Shown: positions 9,138 to 21,667 of the stretch, piece after piece | Layout: every line of letters begins with the position of its first letter | Numbering within the stretch: position 1 is the stretch's first letter | Source: an uncultured Planctomycetia bacterium | GTDB taxonomy: Bacteria; Omnitrophota; Gorgyraeia; Tantalellales; Tantalellaceae | NCBI GenBank assembly: GCA_964527765.1 | Contig: CAZGQR010000003.1 | Location: forward strand, 75,366 to 139,365 | Direction of reading: 5' to 3' | DNA length: 64,000 bases | Program-made: the position numbers and the translations under genes | The notes under the pieces: model-generated | What the model saw: only the letters and a program-made list of their open reading frames with translations | Told to the model about the DNA's origin: nothing | The model's database searches: none

Positions 9138-10622
9138 TTATTCTTCTCTGATCATGAAGGGCTTTTTTGCCTGCTCGAAATACCGCAGGCAGTTCTGAAG
9201 CCAGATCCCAATATTGTTGAATTTGATGTTTCTGCGCATCCTGCCCATCCTCCGCCTTCTTTCCTCCACCGGCATATGGAGAGCCTGATATATGGCATTG
9301 GCGATGTCTTCGATGCTGTACGGATTGACGGGAAGACAGTTCTTTATCTCGGCTATGGCCCCGGCGAACTTGGAAAGGACCAGAACGCCGTCATTGTCGG
9401 AATGGGCGGCAACGTATTCCTTGCACACAAGGTTCATCCCGTCCCTCAACGGGGTCACCAGGGCCACGTCCGACGCCAGATAAAGGGCTACCAGCTCCTC
9501 AAACGGGATCGTCCCGTAATTGTAATGGATGGGCGCCCACAGGCCTGTCGAGAACTTCCCGTTGACCCGCCCGATTATTTCATCGATCTCTTTCTTCAGC
9601 GTTTTGTAAGTCTCCACGTCTTCCCTGCTGGGGATCACCAGCTGATAATAAAAGAATTTTTCTGCCAGCTCGGGATGTTCGTTAAGAAGCTGCTCCAGGC
9701 CGAGCAGTCTTTCCTTTATGCCCTTGGAATAATCGATGCGGTCAATGCCGAGTATCAGTTTCGGGCACGCGGCCTGCTGAAGTATCTCCTCTTTTCTCGC
9801 GATCACTTCCGGCTTGCGCGATGTTCTGTCCAGCAGCTCGAAATCTATGCTTATGGGGTTGGCGAAAAAACGTGTTTTGATATTCTCCTCGATGGTTTTA
9901 TCCTTCGGGATGCTTTTTTCTTTAAGATAGACATCGACCGCTCCCAGGAAATTTTTCAAATACTGCCGGTGCTGAAAACCGACCGTATTGCAGCAAAGAA
10001 GGGACCTTAGTATCTGTCGCTGCCACGGCAAGATCGAAAAGATATCCATGTGCGGGAATGGTATGTGCAGGAAAAAGTGTATTTCCTGTTCCGGCCGCAG
10101 CTGCCTGAGGTAATAGGGCGCCAGGAACAGGTGGAAGTCCTGGATCCATACGATATCGTTTTCCGCGGCGACCCTGTCGATGCAGGCGGCAAAACGTTTA
10201 TTGACCGCAGCGTATGTTTCCCAGGCGGAATAATCAAGAAAGGATTTTTCGAAAAAATAATGAAAAAGCGCCCACAGGGTGCCGTTCGAAAAACGGTTAT
10301 AATATTCGTCCAGCTCGTTGTGGTTTATAGGCACGCAGCCGATGCGGTAGGATTTGCCCCGTTTCCGCCTGAGCTCCTCTTTGGATTCTACTTTCCCGAT
10401 GTCTATAAGTTTCAGTTTCTCTTTTTGCGGGCTTTCAGCGGGGTATCCGTCCCAGCCCAGCCATACCCCGTCGGCATCGAGCAGGATCGGCTCCATGGCG
10501 GTAATAAGCCCGCCCGCGGCTTTCCCCCAGGCAAAGTTGCCTTTTTCGTCCTTATACCTGTAAAAAGGAAGCCTGTTAGACACGACAACGAGGCCCCTGT
10601 CTTTGCCCTTAAAGCGGATCAT
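9138..10622 (-). CDS. otsA: alpha,alpha-trehalose-phosphate synthase (GT20)
   Basis: VVVSNRLP N-terminal motif, IWIQDFHL, 494 aa. Confidence 0.8.
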   Translation of the reverse strand: MIRFKGKDRGLVVVSNRLPFYRYKDEKGNFAWGKAAGGLITAMEPILLDADGVWLGWDGYPAESPQKEKLKLIDIGKVESKEELRRKRGKSYRIGCVPINHNELDEYYNRFSNGTLWALFHYFFEKSFLDYSAWETYAAVNKRFAACIDRVAAENDIVWIQDFHLFLAPYYLRQLRPEQEIHFFLHIPFPHMDIFSILPWQRQILRSLLCCNTVGFQHRQYLKNFLGAVDVYLKEKSIPKDKTIEENIKTRFFANPISIDFELLDRTSRKPEVIARKEEILQQAACPKLILGIDRIDYSKGIKERLLGLEQLLNEHPELAEKFFYYQLVIPSREDVETYKTLKKEIDEIIGRVNGKFSTGLWAPIHYNYGTIPFEELVALYLASDVALVTPLRDGMNLVCKEYVAAHSDNDGVLVLSKFAGAIAEIKNCLPVNPYSIEDIANAIYQALHMPVEERRRRMGRMRRNIKFNNIGIWLQNCLRYFEQAKKPFMIREE

Positions 10623-10751
10623 TTCCCCGTCCTTTTGCCTTCCGTATGAATATAGGTAGTATTATTATAATTTTTTATTATAACAATTAAGAAAGCTTAT
10701 TTCCAATGATTTCCTGTTCGAGTGATGTCGCGCGGGAAAACGGATATCAGA

Positions 10752-11780
10752 TCATTTTCGGCTGTAAGTCTCGGTGAATTTAATGATCATGTCCATCATC
10801 TTTACCGCCTCGACGGGATACCGACCGGCCGCCGATTCTTCCGAAAGCATCACGAAATCAGTGCCGTCGAGTATTGCATTGGCGACATCGGTGGTCTCGG
10901 CGCGCGTGGGCCGGCTGTGCTCGGTCATGTGCTCCAGCATCTGTGTCGCGGTGATCACGAACTTTTTCTTCTGGTTGCATTTTTTTATGATCATCTTCTG
11001 TATGATGGGGATCTCATAGATGGGCACCGCTACCCCCATGTCTCCTCTGGCCACCATTATGCCGTCCGAGGCATCAATGATCTCATCTATGTTCCTTATG
11101 GCCTCCCTGCTTTCTATCTTGGCCACGACAAGGCATTGAAAAGATCTCTGTTTTATGTGCTTCCTGATCGTATCGATGTCTTCCTTGCTGCGGACAAAAG
11201 ATTGAGAGACATAATCCACCTTGTGTTTTATCCCGAAATCAAGATCCTTTTTGTCTTTCGGCGTGACTCCGGCAAAGGGAATATGGACACCCGGCATGTT
11301 AATGCCCTTGCGCTCCTTCAGGATGCCCCCTTCGATCACTTCCGCTTTCACTTTCTTTTCTGATGTGCCCTTTGCTTTAAGGATTATATTGCCGTCATCT
11401 ATGTATATGAGCTGTCCCGCTTTTATCCCCTTCAGGTTTCCTTTGTAATCAAAGGGGATCACTCGCTCCTCCCCCGTATCCGGCTCTGCCGTAAGCCAGA
11501 CCGTTGCTTTTTTATCGAGCGTTTTGGTCTTTTTGCCCTTGAACCTGCATACCCGGATGCGAAATCCTTCCAGGTCCTGCATGATGCGGATATGCCGCCT
11601 GTATTTTTTGTTGATCTTTCTTATCAGTTCTATCCGCCCGAGGTGCTCTTTATGGCTCCCGTGTGAAAAATTGAGCCGGGCGACATTCAGCCCGGCCATG
11701 ACCATCTTGCGCAGCACGGTATAGCTGCTGCTGGCCGGTCCTATTGTCGCGATGATCTTTGTTCTGGCAAGTCTTTCCAT
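10752..11780 (-). CDS. pyk: pyruvate kinase, short form lacking C-terminal regulatory domain
   Basis: [25 protein letters not shown] motifs; ends after the A domain (about 342 aa). Confidence 0.75.
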   Translation of the reverse strand: MERLARTKIIATIGPASSSYTVLRKMVMAGLNVARLNFSHGSHKEHLGRIELIRKINKKYRRHIRIMQDLEGFRIRVCRFKGKKTKTLDKKATVWLTAEPDTGEERVIPFDYKGNLKGIKAGQLIYIDDGNIILKAKGTSEKKVKAEVIEGGILKERKGINMPGVHIPFAGVTPKDKKDLDFGIKHKVDYVSQSFVRSKEDIDTIRKHIKQRSFQCLVVAKIESREAIRNIDEIIDASDGIMVARGDMGVAVPIYEIPIIQKMIIKKCNQKKKFVITATQMLEHMTEHSRPTRAETTDVANAILDGTDFVMLSEESAAGRYPVEAVKMMDMIIKFTETYSRK

Positions 11781-11816
11781 TTTTTTTCTGGCCATGATTT
11801 GTCCTCCGCGTAGTTA

Positions 11817-12239
11817 TTATGAAATATCGTGCTTGCAGACCCGAAAGACCTGGATGTCGGGGGCATACCGCTTGAACATCTCAACGACATGCTCGTCGTC
11901 ATCGAAAAACATGCCCACATCGCTCTCCTTGCAGTACCTTACCTTCTGCCAGACGAATTTCTCATAGTCGCTGAGCCCGGCATGCGGGCAATCTTCCACC
12001 TCGCCTTCCTGTTTCGGAAGATGATATATTGTGTCATATGCGATGCTGCCCGCGCTTAGATCCCTCAGCGTTCTTTCCCTGTCCGCGTTCCGATCGGGCC
12101 TGGTAGTGACAACGTGCACTTCCCAGCCCTCTTTCCTGGCTGCATTTGAAAGAAGGCTGAAAAAATCGGGCTGTCTCATTATTGTGTCATCGACATCCAG
12201 CCCTATCTTTATTTTTTTCTTTTTTCCTTTTCGCGTCAT
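11817..12239 (-). CDS. small HAD-superfamily phosphatase (5'(3')-deoxyribonucleotidase-like)
   Basis: DVDDT motif I, TTR motif II, FFDDDE motif IV; 140 aa. Confidence 0.45.
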   Translation of the reverse strand: MTRKGKKKKIKIGLDVDDTIMRQPDFFSLLSNAARKEGWEVHVVTTRPDRNADRERTLRDLSAGSIAYDTIYHLPKQEGEVEDCPHAGLSDYEKFVWQKVRYCKESDVGMFFDDDEHVVEMFKRYAPDIQVFRVCKHDIS

Positions 12240-12248
12240 CTCTCCAGA

Positions 12249-12824
12249 TCATTTTTTCACGGCCGGCACTATTATTTTCCCTTCTTCGTCGTCCCCGTAA
12301 GCCGTGAAGTCTCCCTTCCTGTAATAATACGCCGTTACTGCGGCGCATACCGCGTCTAAAAGGTCCTGCCCGCCCTTCTTTGAAACGAAATGGATCGGCA
12401 GGTTAAAAAACAGCTTGCTGTCCTTGAAACAATTATACGAAGCTGTGGGGAAAACTTCTATCACGTTCGGCCGCCGGATCCCAAAAGCGTCGAATAAATA
12501 GAACCCCACCTGGAACCAATCATGTTTTTCGGAATCGAACGTCTCTCTTGTCGGGGTGAACTGCGGGTTTGCGAGCTTCCGGGATCTTATCTCTCTCTCG
12601 CACTGTCTGCCGTTTTTCGGCCCCTTAGAAAGATACCTCGAGGCGTCTATCGCGATGACGGAATCCTTTCCATACTTGTCATAGATCTTTCTGGCCAGCT
12701 TGATCGCGTCTTCCTTCGAAGAGACCTTCTCGGCCAGGATCTTCTCGATCTCAAGCCGATCGTTCAACACGGCGATAACCTGGTTTCTCTTGCTGCCCGC
12801 GACATCGATCCCTATATATCTCAC
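12249..12824 (-). CDS. DUF429-like predicted RNase H-fold protein
   Basis: N-terminus MRYIGIDVAGSKRNQV and VIAIDAS resemble RuvC/YqgF/DUF429-type RNase H-like cores. Confidence 0.4.
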   Translation of the reverse strand: MRYIGIDVAGSKRNQVIAVLNDRLEIEKILAEKVSSKEDAIKLARKIYDKYGKDSVIAIDASRYLSKGPKNGRQCEREIRSRKLANPQFTPTRETFDSEKHDWFQVGFYLFDAFGIRRPNVIEVFPTASYNCFKDSKLFFNLPIHFVSKKGGQDLLDAVCAAVTAYYYRKGDFTAYGDDEEGKIIVPAVKK

Positions 12825-12842
12825 GCCTGCTCTCCCGGATCC

Positions 12843-13127
12843 TTACTCCTCTTCGGTCTCTATTAATCTTTTCCGCTGTATATATTCTGTCTTTGTCAGT
12901 CCTCCGCGCTGATACTCCCGGTCAAGATCCCTCATCAGCCTGTCATGCCGCGGCCGGGGTCCGGATCCCGCCAGCGGCTCCGGAGGCGGATCCGCTTCAG
13001 AGCCTATCCGCTCCCCGGGTTCCGCCTTGTCCTCTCCGGCAAAAGCTGAGGCGGCAGTGCCGGACCCTTTCGGCGCTGCCGTCAAAAGAGCAATGATCGC
13101 CATACACAGAAAAAATTTTATCTTCAC
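12843..13127 (-). CDS. small secreted/lipo-protein with C-terminal SHOCT-like motif
   Basis: Likely GTG/ATG start giving signal peptide (V/M)KIKFFLCMAIIALLTAAPKGSG; Pro/Gly-rich linker; C-terminal GGLTKTEYIQRKRLI resembles a SHOCT domain. Confidence 0.4.
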   Translation of the reverse strand: MKIKFFLCMAIIALLTAAPKGSGTAASAFAGEDKAEPGERIGSEADPPPEPLAGSGPRPRHDRLMRDLDREYQRGGLTKTEYIQRKRLIETEEE

Positions 13128-13208
13128 GCGGGTCCCTCTCGTTATCCTGCTCCAAAGATACGCCTTTCCATCCTCTGTAATTATAGCGTATCTTGAATAA
13201 GGCGGGAA

Positions 13209-13245
13209 GAAATAAAAAGCCCGGCTTAAGATCAGCCGGGCTCCT
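13209..13245 (-). terminator. rho-independent terminator downstream of the tRNA-Val/tRNA-Asp pair
   Basis: GC hairpin GAGCCCGGCTGATCTTAAGCCGGGCT followed by TTTTTATTT on the minus strand. Confidence 0.45.
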
Positions 13246-13251
13246 AACATC

Positions 13252-13329
13252 TGGCGGGGCGGACGGGGCTCGAACCCGCGACCTTCGGATCGACAGTCCG
13301 ACGTTCTAAACCAACTGAACTACCGCCCC
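13252..13329 (-). tRNA. tRNA-Asp (GTC)
   Basis: Cloverleaf readable by eye: acceptor GGGGCGG/CCGCCCC, anticodon loop CTGTCGA, T-loop TTCGAGC, 3' CCA encoded. Confidence 0.8.
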
Positions 13330-13415
13330 TTTGAGCGTGTGTTTATTTATAACACAGAACACCTGGCGCGTCAATCGCTCCGTAACGCATCGGCCGAGAG
13401 TCCGAATTTCAATAG

Positions 13416-13494
13416 TGGTGGGCGATGTAGGATTCGAACCTACGACATCTACCTTGTAAGGGTAGCGCTCTAAACCAGCTGAGCTAATCGCCCG
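13416..13494 (-). tRNA. tRNA-Val (TAC)
   Basis: Acceptor GGGCGAT/ATCGCCC, anticodon loop CTTACAA, T-loop TTCGAAT, CCA encoded. Confidence 0.8.
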
Positions 13495-13554
13495 CGCCCG
13501 ATTCCCTGAAAAACGTATTATATATTGGCCCCGAAAATATGTCAAACCCGACCG

Positions 13555-15411
13555 CTATTCCACCGTGACCGATTTGGCGAGATTGCGCGGCTGATCTATA
13601 TCATACCCGAAGTCCTCAGCCACATGATACGCCAAGAGCTGCAGCGGGATGGCGACAAGGATCGGCGAGAACGTTTCCTTGATCCGCGGGATCTCGATAA
13701 TATCGTCTATACGGCCGTCCCGCAGCACCTTGTCGCCCTCAGAGATAATGGCGATAACGATGCCGCCTCTGGCCTTGATCTCCTGAATGTTCGATATCAT
13801 CTTGTCGTAGGTATCAGCCTGCGGCGCGATGCAGACCACCCACGGGTTTTCGTCTATAAGGGCGATCGGGCCGTGTTTCATCTCTCCCGCGGGATACCCT
13901 TCCGCGCTGATATAAGAGATCTCCTTGAGCTTTAATGCCCCTTCAAGCGCGTTGGGATAGTTTATGTTTCTCCCCAGATAAAGAAAACAGCTTTTGTTGT
14001 TTCGGGCCAGGTAATATTCATGGAAGTCCGCGGCGTATTTCGCAAGAACATTTCCCCGCGAACGGTATTTATCCAGCAGCCTGTCGGCGAGAGCCGGTAT
14101 CTTCTTGAGGTCTTTGAGAAATTGCGCCCTCTCCCTTGCGGGGCGTTTTTTTACCCGGGCAAGATAATAAGTTAAAAGATACAGCACGGCAAGCTGCGCA
14201 GTATATGCCTTGGTGGATGCCACGGCTATTTCCGGGCCGGCGTGCGTGTATATCACCCCGTCGGACTCCCTGGCGATGGAGCTGCCCAGAACGTTGCATA
14301 TGGCCAGGACGAGCGCGCCTCTTTTTTTTGCTTCCCGCAGCGCCGCCAGGGTGTCGGCCGTTTCGCCGGATTGCGATATGACGATCACCAGCGTATCCTT
14401 GCCCACCAGAGGGGCCCGATAGCGGAACTCGCTTGAGAAATCCACCCATACCGGGATCTTCGCATATCTTTCGATCATGTATTTACCGGTGACCCCTGCG
14501 TGATATGCCGTTCCGCAGGCAACGACCGCGATCCTTTGCGCTTTTCTGAACTGCGTTTCGGAAATCGCGAGTTCTTCGAATCTCACCCTGCCCGTCTTTA
14601 TTCTTTCCTTGAAAATATTGCGCAGCACTTCGGGCTGTTCAAAGATCTCCTTCAGCATAAAATGTTTGTATCCCGATTTCTCGGCCTGTGATATGTCCCA
14701 TTTTACCGCTGTCGGCCTTCTGCGGACCTTTTTTCCTTTTGCGCCCCAAATAACGCATCCCTTCGCCGAAAGATCCGCCACTTCGCCGCTTTCAAGATAA
14801 ATCGCCTTTTTAGTGTACTCGAGCACGGCAGGTATATCGCTGGCGATAAAATTCTCTTCCTCCCCCAGGCCGACGATCAGCGGGCTGTCCCTGCGCGCTC
14901 CGACGATCCTTCCCGGCTCCCCCTTGTGCACTACCGCTACCGCGAAAGAGCCTTTCAGTTTCTTTATCGCCGTCCTGACGGCCATGCAAAGATCCCCTTT
15001 ATAGTGCTGTGCGATCAGATGCGCGATGACCTCGCTGTCGGTGTCGGAAGAGAATGCATATCCTTTGTTCTGCAGTTTTTTCTTCAGTTCGAGGTAGTTC
15101 TCGATAATGCCGTTATGAACGATTGCGATATGCGTTCTGGGGTCGACGTGAGGGTGCGCGTTTATATCGTTGGGGGCTCCGTGCGTCGCCCATCGCGTGT
15201 GGCCTATGCCCGTCTTTCCCCTGAGCGGTGCGCGTTTAAGCTCGTCTATCAGAACGGACAGTTTGCCCTGTTTTTTCCTCACATGCAGTTCTCCCCCCCT
15301 TAAAACAGCGACTCCCGCTGAGTCGTACCCGCGGTATTCAAGGCGGGAAAGTCCCTTGATGAGAATTTTTGACGCGTCCTGATTTCCTGTGTATCCTATG
15401 ATCCCGCACAT
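13555..15411 (-). CDS. glmS: glutamine--fructose-6-phosphate aminotransferase
   Basis: MCGIIGY N-terminal nucleophile, 618 aa, two SIS domains, C-terminal KSVTVE. Confidence 0.9.
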   Translation of the reverse strand: MCGIIGYTGNQDASKILIKGLSRLEYRGYDSAGVAVLRGGELHVRKKQGKLSVLIDELKRAPLRGKTGIGHTRWATHGAPNDINAHPHVDPRTHIAIVHNGIIENYLELKKKLQNKGYAFSSDTDSEVIAHLIAQHYKGDLCMAVRTAIKKLKGSFAVAVVHKGEPGRIVGARRDSPLIVGLGEEENFIASDIPAVLEYTKKAIYLESGEVADLSAKGCVIWGAKGKKVRRRPTAVKWDISQAEKSGYKHFMLKEIFEQPEVLRNIFKERIKTGRVRFEELAISETQFRKAQRIAVVACGTAYHAGVTGKYMIERYAKIPVWVDFSSEFRYRAPLVGKDTLVIVISQSGETADTLAALREAKKRGALVLAICNVLGSSIARESDGVIYTHAGPEIAVASTKAYTAQLAVLYLLTYYLARVKKRPARERAQFLKDLKKIPALADRLLDKYRSRGNVLAKYAADFHEYYLARNNKSCFLYLGRNINYPNALEGALKLKEISYISAEGYPAGEMKHGPIALIDENPWVVCIAPQADTYDKMISNIQEIKARGGIVIAIISEGDKVLRDGRIDDIIEIPRIKETFSPILVAIPLQLLAYHVAEDFGYDIDQPRNLAKSVTVE

Positions 15412-15454
15412 GGTATGGCCGTTCTCCTAATGCCTCTTTTTGCACGCTCCGCGA

Positions 15455-15982
15455 TTATCGTTCCCGGAACTTTTCCATGAGATTCATAATGTCGTTCCTC
15501 GCACAGCGCCCTACCAGGGAAGCCATGTAAAGAAGAATGGACAGCTGCCAGCAATCTTCAGGGCCGAGGATAAGCGCCGTGTTAACGTTTTCCTCGCGCT
15601 CCAGTTCCTTTTTGTATTTTTCTACGCCTTTTGCCAGGGACAGTTCCTCAAGTTCCAGTTTCTCCACGGTGTTATTGTACTTAAGCGACGGAAACCTTAT
15701 CCCTCTCATCAGGAGAAACATCTGCATGGCGCCCTGTTCTATCTCGAGGTCCTGTTCAAAATCAAATCCCTCGAACTGCGGCAGATCTTCCGGAAGGAGT
15801 ATCATGGGTTTTTCTATGATTATCTTTCCTTTTCTTACTATTGTATGCCCTTCGTTCACGACGGACTCCGCCAGAAACATGTACGGCACCGCCGTGCTTG
15901 CGAACGTCGAGAGCCCTTTGGCGCGGCCTCTTATCACTTCGGTCTTTTCCTGTGCTTTCTCCCAAAGCTGTTCAATGTCCAT
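15455..15982 (-). CDS. hypothetical protein (175 aa, acidic, no recognised domain)
   Basis: Clean ORF between glmS and tRNA-Glu; no motif recognised. Confidence 0.45.
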   Translation of the reverse strand: MDIEQLWEKAQEKTEVIRGRAKGLSTFASTAVPYMFLAESVVNEGHTIVRKGKIIIEKPMILLPEDLPQFEGFDFEQDLEIEQGAMQMFLLMRGIRFPSLKYNNTVEKLELEELSLAKGVEKYKKELEREENVNTALILGPEDCWQLSILLYMASLVGRCARNDIMNLMEKFRER

Positions 15983-16097
15983 GCTCTCTCCTCAAAAATA
16001 CCCCCTCCCCATAAAGGAAGGGGAACAGCCGGGCCGGACCGGCCCTTTTCCCCGCTATTCGCTCGGCGCAAATCTCCCTTCGAATCCTTCAATAAGA

Positions 16098-16176
16098 TGG
16101 CGTCCCCAAGGGGATTCGAACCCCTGTCGACAGATCGAAAATCTGTTGTCCTAGGCCAGGCTAGACGATGGGGACG
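16098..16176 (-). tRNA. tRNA-Glu (TTC)
   Basis: Acceptor GTCCCCA/TGGGGAC, anticodon loop TTTTCGA, T-loop TTCGAAT, CCA encoded. Confidence 0.8.
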
Positions 16177-16224
16177 CAAACGCGGTTTATTGTACAAAAG
16201 CCTTTCTTTATTTGCAACTCTTTT

Positions 16225-18687
16225 TTACTCTTCGCTCTTACCTTCTTCCGCCGCCTCTTCCTCTTCTTTCGCCACAACGCTCGCGACGGAGGTCAGCCTG
16301 TCCGGAGACTTCAGGCTTATGACCCTTACCCCCTGTGTCGCTCTTCCGACCTTGCTTATTCCTTTAACGGCCGCCCTGACGACCATTCCCTTCTTTGAGA
16401 TCAGCATGATCTCATTTTCCTCCCGGACGGCCTTGACCCCCACGACCGAACCGTTCTTTGCGACAACCTTGAGGTTAATTATCCCGCTGCCGCCTCTTGA
16501 CTGCCGGCGATAAGCATCAAACTCGGTTCGCTTGCCGAATCCTCCTTCGGTCACGGTCAGAAGCGCCCCGGAGGGGTCCACTTTCGTCATGCCGACGACC
16601 CTGTCCTTCTTCTTCAGCGATATGCCCTTGACCCCTTGCGCGCCGCGCCCCATGGGTCTTATATCTTTTTCAGAAAATCGTATCGCTTTTCCGTTCGCGG
16701 TCGCCAGGCAGATCTCATCCTTGCCGCCGGAAAGAACCGATTCTATAAGCTGGTCTCCCTTCCCGAGGGTAACGGCAATGATGCCCCCCTTTCGGGGGTT
16801 GCTGAAAGCGGTCAGCGGTGTTTTCTTTATTTTGCCCTGCTCCGTGGCCATAACAACAAACTCGCCTTCGGTGAATTCCCGGACAGGGACAACGGATGTT
16901 ATCTTCTCGTCGCCGGAGACCCCGATAAGGTTGACGATGGGCCGCCCCTTGGTCCTGCGCCCGGCCTGGGGGATCTCGTGCACCTTGAGCCAGTGCAGTT
17001 TGCCCGCGCTGGTAAAAATGAGCATGTAGTCATGCGTCGAGGCGACGAAAAGGTGTTCGACGAAATCCTCTTCCCTGGTCTCGGCCCCCGTCACGCCTTT
17101 TCCTCCGCGCCGCTGTTTCTTGTAAGCGCTCACGGGGAACCTCTTTATATATCCCGCATGGCTCAGGGTGATCACCATGTCTTCTTCCGCGATAAGGTCT
17201 TCTATGTCTATGTCCTCCGCGGCCGCGGTAACCTCCGTCCTGCGGGGGTCTCCGAATTTTTCCTTGACCTCCAACGACTCTTCCTTGATAATGCCCAGGA
17301 CTTTTTTCTCGCTTGCCAGTATCCCCTTCAGTTTTTCTATGGTCTTCAAAAGCTCCAGGTATTCGTTCTGTATCTTTTCTGTCTCAAGGTTGGTCAGTTG
17401 CTGCAGCCTCATGGCCAGTATCGCCAGCGCCTGTTTCTCGGAAAGGCTGAATTTTTTCATGAGCCCCACTTTTGCCGCTTCCGGATCTTTTGACTTCTTG
17501 ATGAGCTTTATGACTTCATCCAGGTTCTTGATGGCGATCTTCAGGCCCTCGAGGATATGGGCCCTTTCCTCTGCCCTGGCAAGATCGAACCTTGTCCGTT
17601 TTATGATCACATCTTTGCGGTGCTTGACAAAAAGCTCCAGCATCTCCTTCAGGTTAAGGATCCTGGGCTGCATATCGACTATGGCGAGCATTATGACCCC
17701 GAAGGTGTCCCGCATCTGGGTGTGTTTATAAAGCTGGTTCATGAGGACTTCCGAGTTATACCCGCGCCGGACATCTATCACCACTCTCATGCCGTCCCGG
17801 TCGGATTCGTCCCTGATATCCGCGATGCCTTCGACTTTCTTGTTTTTGACAAGGCTGGCGATCGAAGTAATAAGGCGCGTCTTGTTGACCTGATAGGGGA
17901 TCTCCGTGATCACTATGCTCTCTTTCCCCTGTTTTTTCTGCTCCACATGCACCTTCGCGTGCAGGGTGAGGGACCCTCTGCCTGTCCGGTAAGCCCTGCG
18001 GATCTCGTCCTTCCCGCAGATAAGCGCCCCCGTCGGAAAATCCGGGCCCTTGACGATCTTCGCCAGGTCATCGACCGAACAATCCGGATTATCTATGAGA
18101 TAGCATGTCGCGTCCACGATCTCCGTGAGATTGTGCGGAGGTATGTTCGTGGCCATCCCGACGGCGATCCCGCTGGAACCGTTGAGCAGGAGGTTGGGCA
18201 ATACCGCCGGAAGGACTTCCGGCTCTGAAAGCGACCCGTCAAAATTGGGCTGGAAACCCACCGTCTCTTTTTCTATGTCCTTGAGCATCCATTCGGTTAT
18301 CTGCTGCAGTCTTGCTTCTGTATACCGCATCGCAGCTGCCGGGTCTCCGTCAACGGACCCGAAATTGCCCTGACCGTCGATGAGGGGATACCTGAGAGAG
18401 AAGTCCTGCACCATGCGCACGAGCGTGTCATAAACCGCCGCGTCCCCGTGCGGGTGGTATTTTCCAAGAACCTCGCCGACGATCCTCGCGCTTTTTTTGA
18501 ACGACTTGCTGTACACAAGTCCCATATCCTTCATCGCGTAAAGTATGCGTCGATGAACGGGCTTAAGCCCGTCCCGCACATCCGGCAGTGCGCGTCCGAC
18601 GATCACGCTCATGGCGTAATTTATGTACGAGTCCTTCATCTCTTCTTCGATATAGACCGGAATGATCTTCTCGTTTCTTGTATACAT
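16225..18687 (-). CDS. gyrA: DNA gyrase subunit A
   Basis: [28 protein letters not shown] with active-site Tyr region; 6-blade C-terminal domain; acidic tail. Confidence 0.95.
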   Translation of the reverse strand: MYTRNEKIIPVYIEEEMKDSYINYAMSVIVGRALPDVRDGLKPVHRRILYAMKDMGLVYSKSFKKSARIVGEVLGKYHPHGDAAVYDTLVRMVQDFSLRYPLIDGQGNFGSVDGDPAAAMRYTEARLQQITEWMLKDIEKETVGFQPNFDGSLSEPEVLPAVLPNLLLNGSSGIAVGMATNIPPHNLTEIVDATCYLIDNPDCSVDDLAKIVKGPDFPTGALICGKDEIRRAYRTGRGSLTLHAKVHVEQKKQGKESIVITEIPYQVNKTRLITSIASLVKNKKVEGIADIRDESDRDGMRVVIDVRRGYNSEVLMNQLYKHTQMRDTFGVIMLAIVDMQPRILNLKEMLELFVKHRKDVIIKRTRFDLARAEERAHILEGLKIAIKNLDEVIKLIKKSKDPEAAKVGLMKKFSLSEKQALAILAMRLQQLTNLETEKIQNEYLELLKTIEKLKGILASEKKVLGIIKEESLEVKEKFGDPRRTEVTAAAEDIDIEDLIAEEDMVITLSHAGYIKRFPVSAYKKQRRGGKGVTGAETREEDFVEHLFVASTHDYMLIFTSAGKLHWLKVHEIPQAGRRTKGRPIVNLIGVSGDEKITSVVPVREFTEGEFVVMATEQGKIKKTPLTAFSNPRKGGIIAVTLGKGDQLIESVLSGGKDEICLATANGKAIRFSEKDIRPMGRGAQGVKGISLKKKDRVVGMTKVDPSGALLTVTEGGFGKRTEFDAYRRQSRGGSGIINLKVVAKNGSVVGVKAVREENEIMLISKKGMVVRAAVKGISKVGRATQGVRVISLKSPDRLTSVASVVAKEEEEAAEEGKSEE

Positions 18688-18726
18688 TTTTTCTCCCGTT
18701 TATTCGCTCTTGCCTTTTGGTCCGCC

Positions 18727-21663
<2,937 letters not shown>

Positions 21664-21667
<4 letters not shown>

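Noticed and set aside
9024-10010. 328-aa plus-strand ORF overlapping otsB/otsA
   Set aside because: Antisense to otsA, whose GT20 motifs are unambiguous. No recognisable domain.
13306-13545. 79-aa minus-strand ORF
   Set aside because: Overlaps tRNA-Asp and tRNA-Val; its translation is the tRNA sequence read as protein.
16026-16056. GC hairpin (GGGCCGG-a-CCGGCCC) followed by TTTTCCCC on the plus strand
   Set aside because: It would act as a terminator only for a plus-strand transcript, but all neighbouring genes are on the minus strand. Probably part of the minus-strand promoter/leader region of the 175-aa gene.
15440-16513. 357-aa plus-strand ORF spanning the 175-aa gene, tRNA-Glu and the gyrA 3' end
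   Set aside because: Runs through a tRNA gene and antisense to two supported genes. Ser/Pro-rich low-complexity translation.
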